Shown one piece after another: positions 54,101 to 64,000 of a stretch of DNA of 64,000 nt. Source of the stretch: Eledone cirrhosa (Eukaryota); assembly GCA_964016885.1 (NCBI GenBank), contig OZ024741.1:389732001-389796000 (forward strand). The letters run 5' to 3'. Positions within the stretch are counted from its first letter, which is position 1; the number at the start of each line of letters is the position of its first letter. Position numbers and translations under genes: made by a program. The notes beneath the pieces were generated by a model that made no database searches, was not told where the DNA came from, and saw only the letters and a list, made by a program, of their open reading frames with translations.

Positions 54101-55560
54101 GATTTGTCCATTCATCTTTATAGGCGAGTGGTTAACAACCTGCAGAGTAACGGATGACTCCACGGGGGTATCCTTTAGGCAGTGGACCGGCTAATACTAC
54201 AGGAGGCTCCTGTATCCATGAGGAAGCCTCTTCCAGACAGGAGGTCCTTGATGAAGAAGTGGTGGTTTGGGAGCTTTACGCTGAGGTCGACTGCCGCCCT
54301 CAGCGAAGCTCTCTGGCGTATCCCGACTTCACAAACGAACACGGCTGCACACAGTGGTTCGCGTTCTCAGCAAAACGCTCGTAGTACCAGCATAAAGATG
54401 AAGCTGGTGACCTTGGGCGGTGTCTGAAAGAGTAAGATTTACCACGGCTGTGTGAGCGTGAACGAGCACCACTAGAGGCCTTCAGCTTCTGTAGCTCCAG
54501 GGTGAGTTCCAGAATGGCTTTCTGCATAGACATTATAGCTGCGCTGTCTGCATGAGTTGCTGCACAGGTAGCATGGCCAGGTGTGACCTGAGCTGGGTGA
54601 GAAACAGCGGCAAGGGCCTCGCTGCCTCCAGCACCCGTGACCTCAAAAACTTTGTCTGCAGAAGCGGCCAGTTGGTCCACAGAACATGTATCCCTAATGG
54701 GGGCCAAAATTGCTCACGTTCGTTGGTAGCCGTGAGAAAAACAACTGCTTCAACAACGCAGTTTCTGCTGCCGACTCCTCTGTTAGGTCTTTCATTCGAC
54801 CTAAGAGGATCGATGGAGTGCCATCCCCGATATGCTCCAAATGGACCAGAGCTCAAACGTTTCTCGGCAGACTGTGCAGTCCGGCCGAGTATCTCATTCC
54901 CCAACGACTGGTAAGTAGCGTCAGTCGGTGTCTCCAATACGAGATCCTTAATAATTGGGAGAAGTGCCGGAGGAAAGGCGCTAAGGATGAGGGGACGTTG
55001 CTGTGCCTCGGCGATTTTGTTAGCCTCGAAAAATGCTTCCATTTGAGCGAACCATAACTTCACGTCGCCCATGTAAGTAGGGAGAATAGAATGAGATGCC
55101 ATTGGTGCAATCTCAGTAAGCGGCCAAAATGCTTCTCCATAAAAATAAATACCTCGAACACGAGGAAAACGAAAATAAATCCACTTGTTTTTTTTTCTGT
55201 CAAACAACTGGACAGGAAAAATAATGCATCCAAAATAATGTGTAAGGGAGCGACTAATCAAGCAATGACATTAACAATACATTTACAGCGAACCTAAAAC
55301 AAAACCCAACATGGCATACAGTTTCGCGCCAAAAAAAAACTGATGGGGAATTTTAGCAAAATTTTAGAAAAGAAGGAAAAAAAACATATTTACATAATTG
55401 TTCTTAACAAAGGGTTCAGTTTTCTCTTCCTTAAGTGATCGGTAAATGAAGCCATATCAGAAGCAAAAAGTGTGTTGTTTTCTATTCATTTTTTTTTATA
55501 ATACCACTTCATATTTTTTTTTCAATTTTCTTTTTTAAAAGGAACAATTAGTTCCCACGG

Positions 55561-55572
55561 CTGGGGTCACCA
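55561..55572 (-). promoter_or_regulatory. Gypsy primer-binding site TGGTGACCCCAG
   Basis: TGG-initiated motif upstream of gag, adjacent to the putative LTR. Confidence 0.75.
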
Positions 55573-55965
55573 CTTTAGAAGAATGGTATTAGTACAGATA
55601 ATAATTGTTGTTGAAATAACAAGAATGGCTTTTTGGTTTATATACAAAGGTTTACTTCATTGAAGTCAAAGAAAGGACAATAAACATATTACCACTAGTT
55701 GTGAAGGTTGACGATGGAGTGGTGTGGTTGGTTCATGAGGCTGTTGGTAGTAAAAAGAGTTGCTTTTAACATGTTCACTGGAGTAGGATGGTATTTGCAC
55801 TCCACGTGTCGTGGGTGAAGGCTGAAGTGGAGGAGGCGAAGTCGCCTCCGTTCTCCAGGGCTGCTGCGGGTAAAAAGAGATAGAGCGCTCTCGCTGTCTC
55901 AATATATAGGGGAAATAACTCCAATTAGTTTTGTTCCCCAGACAAAGGTGGCACTAGTCACTACA
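55573..55965 (-). repeat. Putative 5' LTR (no 3' partner in window)
   Basis: Begins TGTAGTGA, has a TATA-like CCTATATATTG, and abuts the PBS. Confidence 0.6.
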
Positions 55966-56307
55966 TACACATATATGCACACAGAAACAAACATACAGCA
56001 TCTCTCTTTCATTTTCTCTGCTAATAGTTACTTTCATCCCTCCTTTCTCGTTACAATAGCATAGTGTTGTCTCGCACAGTTAAACCGCTACACCTCTCTC
56101 TCAATGTGCGGTCTCTTTCAATTTCTTCTACTCCGCAACAAACTTACCTCTCTGTGTTACTTTCTCTCTTCCTTTCTCTCTCTGTCTTTCTCCCTCTCTC
56201 ACTCAGTCATTGGCATTAGAGATGCTGGCTGCGAAACAATCAAGAATGTGCAGATCTTTGTGTCTTTCCCCCTCTGACTCTCTCTCTTTCTGCCTCTCTT
56301 TCTTTAG

Positions 56308-56347
<40 letters not shown>

Positions 56348-56369
56348 AAACCAGCGTTTGTTGCCATTC

Positions 56370-57735
56370 TCTCTCTGAATATCTAACACTTTAATTCTGT
56401 CTAATGGCCTATCTCTCTCTGCCTCTCCCTCTGAGTCTCTCTCTCTCTCTCTCTGAATATTTAACACTTTAATTCTGTCTAATGGCCTATCTCTCTCTGC
56501 CTCTCCCTCTGAGTCTCTCTCTCTCTCTCTCTCTGAATATCTAACACTTTAATTCTGTCTAATGGCCTATCTCTCTCTGCCTCTCCCTCTGAGTCTCTCT
56601 CTCTCTCTGAATATCTAACACTTTAATTCTGTCTAATGGCCTATCTCTCTCTGCCTCTCCCTCTGAGTCTCTCTCTCTCTCTCTGAATATCTAACACTTT
56701 AATTCTGTCTAATGGCCTATCTCTCTCTGCCTCTCCCTCTGAGTCTCTCTCTCTCTCTGAATATCTAACACTTTAATTCTGTCTAATGGCCTATCTCTCT
56801 CTGCCTCTCCCTCTGAGTCTCTCTCTCTCTCTCTCTCTCTGAATATCTAACACTTTAATTCTGTCTAATGGCCTATCTCTCTCTGCCTCTCCCTCTGAGT
56901 CTCTCTCTCTCTGAATATCTAACACTTTAATTCTGTCTAATGGCCTATCTCTCTCTGCCTCTCCCTCTGAGTCTCTCTCTCTCTCTCTGAATATCTAACA
57001 CTTTAATTCTGTCTAATGGCCTATCTCTCTCTGCCTCTCCCTCTGAGTCTCTCTCTCTCTCTCTCTGAATATCTAACACTTTAATTCTGTCTAATGGCCT
57101 ATCTCTCTCTGCCTCTCCCTCTGAGTCTCTCTCTCTCTCTCTGAATATTTAACACTTTAATTCTGTCTAATGGCCTAGCTCTCTCTGCCTCTCCCTCTGA
57201 GTCTCTCTCTCTCTGAATATCTAACACTTTAATTCTGTCTAATGGCCTATCTCTCTCTGCCTCTCCCTCTGAGTCTCTCTCTCTCTCTCTCTGAATATCT
57301 AACACTTTAATTCTGTCTAATGGCCTATCTCTCTCTGCCTCTCCCTCTGAGTCTCTCTCTCTCTGAATATCTAACACTTTAATTCTGTCTAATGGCCTAT
57401 CTCTCTCTGCCTCTCCCTCTGAGTCTCTCTCTCTCTGAATATCTAACACTTTAATTCTGTCTAATGGCCTATCTCTCTCTGCCTCTCCCTCTGAGTCTCT
57501 CTCTCTCTCTCTGAATATCTAACACTTTAATTCTGTCTAATGGCCTATCTCTCTCTGCCTCTCCCTCTGAGTCTCTCTCTCTCTCTCTGAATATCTAACA
57601 CTTTAATTCTGTCTAATGGCCTATCTCTCTCTGCCTCTCCCTCTGAGTCTCTCTCTCTCTCTCTCTGAATATCTAACACTTTAATTCTGTCTAATGGCCT
57701 AGCTCTCTCTGCCTCACCCTCTGAGTCTCTCTCTC
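56370..57735. repeat. Minisatellite, 18 copies of a 62-bp core plus variable (CT)n (72-82 bp unit)
   Basis: Unit CTGAATATCTAACACTTTAATTCTGTCTAATGGCCTATCTCTCTCTGCCTCTCCCTCTGAGT(CT)n. Confidence 0.97.
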
Positions 57736-57820
57736 CTTAGGTGTGTGTGTAGTTTTTGTGTGATTAAAACAACCAACCAAAAAACTTTTCTCTTTTATAT
57801 TATATATAGATTATCTATAT

Positions 57821-58343
57821 CATCATCATCATCAACGTTTAACGTCCGTTTTCCACGCTTGCATGGGTTTGGACGGGGGTTTTCCCACTTGAGGCAAGAG
57901 TGATTGTCTTGCTCGCATAGGACTGTCTGGCGGGTTTTCTACAGCTGGATGCCCTTCCTAACACCAACCACATTTACAGTGTGGGGCTGGGAGGTTTTTA
58001 CCGTGTTGCCTACATGGCCACATTACAGCGTGGACTGTGTGTTTTTTGTCGTGACACCTACAAGATCTCATTTGTTTCGGCCTGGATGTTGTGGCACCAA
58101 CATAACTTTACATTGAAAGGGGCGGTGTGGATGAGGCGGGGGTGTATTTTGTTAGAGATGCCTACTGACTGTAGTAGGTTTTACTTTGTATTTAGGTAAG
58201 GCGGGTCTTCTCTATTACTGAGTACCGCCAAAGGTCTCGGTCCAGTGACATTGTCTTGGAGAGGTGTAAGTGTGTGAGGTCGGAATTTATCAGCTCGTCC
58301 CAAGTTTTTCCGGGTCTGCCTACTCCGTAGCTACCGTCTATCT
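57821..58343 (-). mobile_element. Young 5'-truncated RTE LINE
   Basis: Closely similar to 5206-5845; flanked by TATCTATAT (57812-57820, 58339-58347) as a probable TSD. Confidence 0.92.
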
Positions 58344-58600
58344 ATATCTAATATAAAAGATTGGAACTCCCATCATCCTTTGGAGAAACCTGGATCAGCC
58401 ATGTCTATGCAATGGCACACACTTAACAGTCGGACGGATGATGAACCACCTCCTAAAGTTTGCTATTCTTAGAGGAAATCATCAAGGAGAAAATTCAGGG
58501 TCAGAGTCTCAAAGTTGTAGGATTGAATATGAGAAAATCGGTTTTTACCCCTGGACAGTTATATGTAGATTGTTCATGAGTGACGACACCTAGAAATGTT
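58341..58600 (+). mobile_element. Helitron fragment with Pif1-type helicase remnants
   Basis: 5' end TCTATATCTAATATAAAAGA; translations KIGTPIILWRNLDQPCLCNGT and QGQSLKVVGLN..VF..GQLYV..S*V. Confidence 0.75.
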
Positions 58601-58719
58601 CATATACTGTAAAATGAAGAATCTGGTGTATCTGAAGATTCTTACACACACACCATGGTCTCACCTCATACTGTAAATTAGACAATATATCCAATGCAGT
58701 CATTTTCTCTTCTACTTGT

Positions 58720-59150
58720 CTTCTCTTATCATGTTTACCCAGGCATCTATTTTCCATGCTTACATGAGTTAAATGAGTTGTCACGTTATGAAGACTGGTT
58801 AGGTGACCACATCTAACTCATGCTTCAGTTTTGGCTTGGTTTTCTATGACTGGGTGCCCTTCCTAATACCAAACATTATACAACATGTATTGGGAGCTTT
58901 TTTTTATGGCACCAGCACTACCATCTTACAGAGTGGACTGGGTGCTTTTGTTGTGATACCAGCAAAGCCACTCTACTGCATGCTTTTTGTCATATCACCA
59001 GTATAACCACTTTACAGGGTGGGCTGGGTACTTCTTGTGTCACCAGCACTACACTGCTTTCAAGATCGTGTGTGTTCATTTTATTGTGGCACCAGCATTA
59101 CTGTTTTACAGGGTGGACTGTGTGTGTTATATATCGCCAGTGCTACTTCA
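58720..59150 (-). mobile_element. Old RTE 3' UTR with several diverged ~48-bp units
   Basis: TTCCATGCTTACATGAGTT and TGCCCTTCCTAATACC motifs, then repeated TTACAG.GTGG.CTG.GT units. Confidence 0.65.
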
Positions 59151-60494
59151 TTATGACCTTTGGACACTCGTTGTGTCCTTGGCACAGCTTGCATCCCTCA
59201 ACAAGCGAGCAAGTGACATATCATAGGGGTGGTCTTGAAGAGAGTGAGTTGCACTTAGCAGTATATGGTGGAACATGCCTGTCATTCTATGCATAAATAG
59301 GTTGGATATTAAACATATATCAGGAGTGTGGCAAGGGGTTAGAGGGTGCGTGTCATCGTCGTCGTCATCATCATCACCACCACCACATCACCATTATCTT
59401 TAAATGTCCAGTTTCATGCCTGCCTAAGCCAAATGAGCTGCCACGCTCTGTTATTAGGCAAGACAGGTGACTGTGTGTAGTTCATACATTCCATTTTGGT
59501 ATGGCCTCCACAGCTGTATACTCTTCCTGACCCCATACAAACAGTTTACTGTAGTACAAGTTGGATGGGGCTTTCTCAGTTTTCCATATAATGAGATTTC
59601 ATAATTATTATATATTTTGTAATCATATGCACCTCTTTGCATATATTTACAGTTTATGTGTAAAATGTGTAAATTAAAAATAAAAATTAAATAACAGAGA
59701 GAGAGGGGGAGGAGGAAGAGCGAGAGAGAACGTTTGTTTCAGTAGAGTTTAATACTGTAAGATACATTCTACTGTTCTATACTCATTTAGTGCAGGAGTT
59801 TATCATCTGCATTATAAACAATGTATAATGCAGTGTAGTATAATAGTGCTATGCTTGAAATAGTTCCTCTATTTTCGTACTTCAAGTGAAGTTTAGTTTA
59901 GTTTATTCTTCCAGGCTGTAAATTGATGGTGGTATCCTGTACCACAGACCTAGCCAACGATGCCAACATGGAGAAATGGATGTTAAGATAATGGTGAAGA
60001 GCTATTAACTTTTATTATACAAAGCTGTTTATACAAAAACAAAACAAACTATTAAAGGGAATAAAAAAAGGAAATGAAAAGATGAAAAAAGAAACAAGTA
60101 ATAAAAGAAAGAGAGAAGGGGAGGAGCCGACACCACGCCCCAATCTGGGCAGTGCCTTAGTCACGCCTTGCAGACAAAATGGTGAAGATTAATATACAGG
60201 AATTGAATAAATTAACTCCGAAACATAATTAAAACAATCTCGATGCTGATGATGGCATTGGTGATATAACGATAATCCCTTTCTCCCTCTATCTCTCACA
60301 CAAAAATTAGCTCTTGTCTATAGTAAAACTGTAAATCAGGAATTGATAATCTTACTGCACTCAATGTAACAATTGCGACAGCGTAGGATGTGAAAAGGAG
60401 CGAAGAGTTATCCCCCATTTATTGCCACTAAATTTTGTAGTCGTAAAAATAAAAATACTGGTCTAAAATAAATGGTACTCATCTTAACGCTATT

Positions 60495-60686
60495 GATAAT
60501 AATTGTTTCTACCTTTGGCACAAGGCCAGCAAATACCCAGTGTATTACTGGTACTTTATTTTATCGACCCCGTAAGGATGAAAGGCAAAGTTAACCTCGG
60601 CGGGATTTGATCTCAGAATGGAAAGGGCTGTAACTCTTTGCGTCAAAGCATGGTGTCCGACCCTCTGCCGATACTGCCAATCCACT
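60495..60686 (-). mobile_element. tRNA-derived SINE
   Basis: Closely similar to 2348-2540. Confidence 0.9.
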
Positions 60687-63600
60687 AGGAGTTATATTAA
60701 ATCAGTTATTATGTAATACCCCTTGATTTTGATATATTTGCTTTTTCTATCATATTATTTTTAAAAAATCCAGAGAAGGCAATAACAAGTGGGGATAAGA
60801 AAACTTTCTCCAACTCTTAACATCTAATGATTTAGCAAAAACAAAAACATCTAAAAATGGGTTTGTTAATTCAAATGTTTATAGTACCTTTATTAGTGGA
60901 CAGATCGTTATAAGAATTTACAGTATTGGAGTAAATACTTCAATTTTCAATTTAATGCGGTCATTGTGCTGTTTTATACTTTTCAAGAACGTCTTTCTAA
61001 TGCAATTTTGAGTGGTTGCCTGATGGATTTGTTCATTTGTAGTGGTAGTTGATGAGTAGCTTTTTTGTCCATTAATGTCAAGTGAGTAAGTGAAGTGTCT
61101 CAGTGAGTCAAAAGTGTTGCCATGTTCTAGGAAACAAGTAGTTGTACTTTCTTGTTGTGGTGTGAAGTAATATTACCATGGGGAAGAGGATTTTCCCACA
61201 TCACATGGATAAGAATTAACAAATGAACAAGACACCATTCATTTTGATGTTTTTATTTGTAACAGGATTTACTTTGAAATCAAGTGCAGCAATGAACAAT
61301 GGAAAATGATGCATGTATAGTTGTGATGTGTTATGTGTACAAATGTAGAATTTCAAAGTAATACTTTTTACTGACCTGTTGGTAGCAAACTTAGTGCTGA
61401 TCCCAGCAGGGCTTCTAGTGTGTGTGTGTGGATACATTACAAAGATGACCAAACAAACTGTCTGTCTGTTGCAGAGTTGAAAAGCAAACTATCTTTTGGG
61501 GATTGAAATCTCTTATATATATAAGGATTAGGTTGCCCAGAAACATTCAACTGACAGCCATTGGAACTGTTCTCTTTTCAGACAATCTGGTCTATGAATC
61601 TCCTACAAGAGAACATTATCTAAGTTTGTGGTTCTAGGTCAGTCTTTTCGTAGCCGAGTGGCAGACTAAGAAAACCATTGTTGGGAAAAAATATGTTGAG
61701 GTTTCATTACACAATTCCATGCAATAAATACAAGAAGTTAACAGTTAAAATATTCCATGGCAGTTTGTGCCAGATTTCTACAGAAGTTGTAACTAAATAA
61801 ATCACTGTGATCTATTATTGTCTATCAAATTTTATATTTTTTCTCAGAGAGTATTTCATCTAATCATTTTAACCTACCTAACTACTTCTTCAACCAAGAA
61901 TTAATAAATTAGAAAATTAATTATCTACTTAAATATAAAAAATAAAAAAATAAAATGAAAGGTTGCATAAAAGGGGATAGGTATGTGGGAAAGGGATTAT
62001 AAAGAAATAATTATTATAGTAGTTTTAGGTCTAATGTATAAACTATATTTTAACTGGAAGCATGATAGCCATATCGCTCCCCGGTCGCCTGTTAGGTCCA
62101 GGTTCCTGAATCCTTGTTTACCAGACATTTAAGCATTCACATATGATCAAGGTCCCCGGGCTAACATGCTTGGCCGGAATTTAGCTCTTAGGTAGGTCTT
62201 TACCAATTAATTAGTGAAAGCTAATCGAAGGTAATTAAAATGGTTATCAAGATAGGACACATAAAGAGGAACTATGGATAAATTATAAATCGAAAACAGG
62301 TACAGTCTGACTAGGTAATAAAGTTAAGTTAATTAAGGTAGGCTCACAGTATAAGGGAAAAAGTTATAAGAGTGAAGAATATATAAGCAAAAATATACGA
62401 GAAAAAATATATATGTGAGAAAACATAAATATAGGAGGAAAAAATATAATACGATGCATAACAATATACAAGATAAAAAGATATGGGGTAGAAGAGGAGA
62501 AAGATGGGTCCATATAACATAATATAATGAAGTATAGCATATAATATATTGAAAGCAAGGAGCTGTACCAAGTATCAAACTAGGTACAAATGTGTCTGCA
62601 TATACAAACAAGGGCTGGGAAGACAGATAGGGCAATACATGAAAACAATGTTAACATAGCAGTTGGGATTGAGTTCCGATTGTTCTTAGAGAGATTTCTG
62701 CTGGTCCGCCAATTAGTGTGTGTCAGGTGAAAGTGGGGAAGGTTTCTGTCATGATGATTCCCATTCGCATGAATAAGCAATGGCTGTATTCAGGGGATGT
62801 TGTTATCCTGAGTGCTCCGCTGGTCCATAGGGGGATGATTTGGGTCCTCTTGTCAGCTCTGATATTCAAAAATAAGTGGATATTCAGGTCCAGTTGCAGC
62901 GTGCTATGTGAATTGTGCAGAGCATATGAAGCCATCGCCTCAACTTATTAGGAGCATATAATTATAGTAAGGGGTTAACCGAACAGGGATATTCAATGGA
63001 GCACAGGCCTGTGGACAGGTGGAACTAGGAGGCTATAACTGTTGGCCACAGCTAAACCTAGCAGTCACAGCCTTGGCTTGGGATGGAGCTGTCACTACTA
63101 CTATAACAGGCCGTGTGTGAATGGAGGAGGGAGTAGGGGGCAACTAACTGATTTCATCACTTCCTGCACTAAGCATCTACCAATACTAACGTATGACCAA
63201 AACTGACCAACACTTTTGCCAGACTTCGTAGGGTCATACAGGGGCTGACCGTTGAGAAAATAACATCAGGTGTTCGGTGACCCCGGTATCAACAAAAATT
63301 AACCTTTTCCAAATCTAAAGCTTTTTTATAATATTTCATTGTTTTATAGGTTTACTGTTTGAGAAGCTCAGGCTGTCGTAACTGAAAGTCTTCAGTGAAC
63401 TGTACATTACGGACTTTAATAAACCCAAACCAAATGAATATGGCCTTTATCTACTTCACAACCAACAGACTATTAAGTGCACATCTTTGTTTAGTTAACC
63501 CCTTACTATAAATATAAATTGATATATGTATATATATATATATATAATATAGTGTAGAAACACACCAAATCGCTGTCTTAAGAAGAAAAATGGAATGCTT

Positions 63601-64000
63601 GATATATATTTATGGTAATTAAAGAGTGAAGATAAGAAAATGAGTATGTAAAGGTTAACTCAATAACAAACTGAGTATTATATATTAAATATATTTATTA
63701 TGTTACTTTATTTAAGTAGAGATCATGCAACAGATTTTCTGAATGGCAAACCTAATTTCAAAATTATCTTGAATTATTTCTAGTAGTGTGTCTCACCTTA
63801 TGATGAATCATATTCCATGCAGCCCACTGCTCAAAAAAGGTTGCTCGTTCCTAATTTAGAGACTTCTTTATTGGTGTATCCTTGATAGAGTTTGAATATT
63901 TCAAATGTAGTTCAGTCTAGTAATCACTCACCCTTCCTAATTCTATGCATTTAAAATATATTTCAATAATAGATGACCCATAACTTTCAGAAAGCTGATA

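Larger units (their letters stand above)
51672..55965 (-). mobile_element. Ty3/Gypsy LTR retrotransposon, degenerate and 3'-truncated
   Basis: gag (WFAQMEAFF, CWYY..F..A..C..PC), protease (FLMDTGAS), RT ([16 protein letters not shown]), RNase H (DACDTAVGAVL, RELLA, TDHKPL), integrase ([24 protein letters not shown]) in Gypsy order, with frameshifts and stops. Confidence 0.95.
51309..57810 (-). mobile_element. Non-autonomous Helitron containing a minisatellite and a nested Gypsy
   Basis: 5' end A|TCTATATATAATATAAAAGAG...GGTTGGTTG at 57810. 3' hairpin CCCGGGCAAAGCCGGG followed by TACCTCAGTCAG|T at 51309. Decayed charged repeats (ETHEQYKKRL, SESEQNLRRETE) at 51360-51660 resemble a RepHel N-terminus. 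Confidence 0.6.

Noticed and set aside
57099-57449. Charged repeat ORF RERDSEGEAERDRPLDRIKVLDIQ
   Set aside because: Minisatellite translation whose frame is broken by variable (CT)n.
61265-63400. Candidate acceptors for CEP78 coding exon 3 (near 61265 and 63349)
   Set aside because: No CEP78-like sequence follows either site, and the compatible frame at 63349 hits an early stop; the next exon probably lies beyond the window.

Overview
Eukaryotic, repeat-dense animal DNA. The SINE and LINE content resembles an octopus/cephalopod genome (inference). The only host gene I can support is CEP78: two coding exons on the + strand at 48818-49262, which the ORF track missed because they are spliced. 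The window is dominated by a 24.6-kb array of 512 near-identical 48-bp monomers (20472-45066) lying inside the 3' UTR of a single 5'-truncated RTE LINE. The monomer is an internal repeat of that UTR, and the array has multi-kb higher-order periods (6338, 3743/3455, 1632 and 768 bp). The giant ORFs across it are repeat artefacts. The flanks hold many TEs, often nested: RTE LINEs (with a PHD-type finger), tRNA-derived SINEs, a Chapaev3 transposon splitting an R4/Dong-like element, hAT and piggyBac-type non-autonomous elements, CR1, CRE, Penelope-like and RTE-X/Proto2-like fragments, and Helitrons. One Helitron carries a second minisatellite and a truncated Gypsy element. All family names come from motif recognition by eye, not from database searches.
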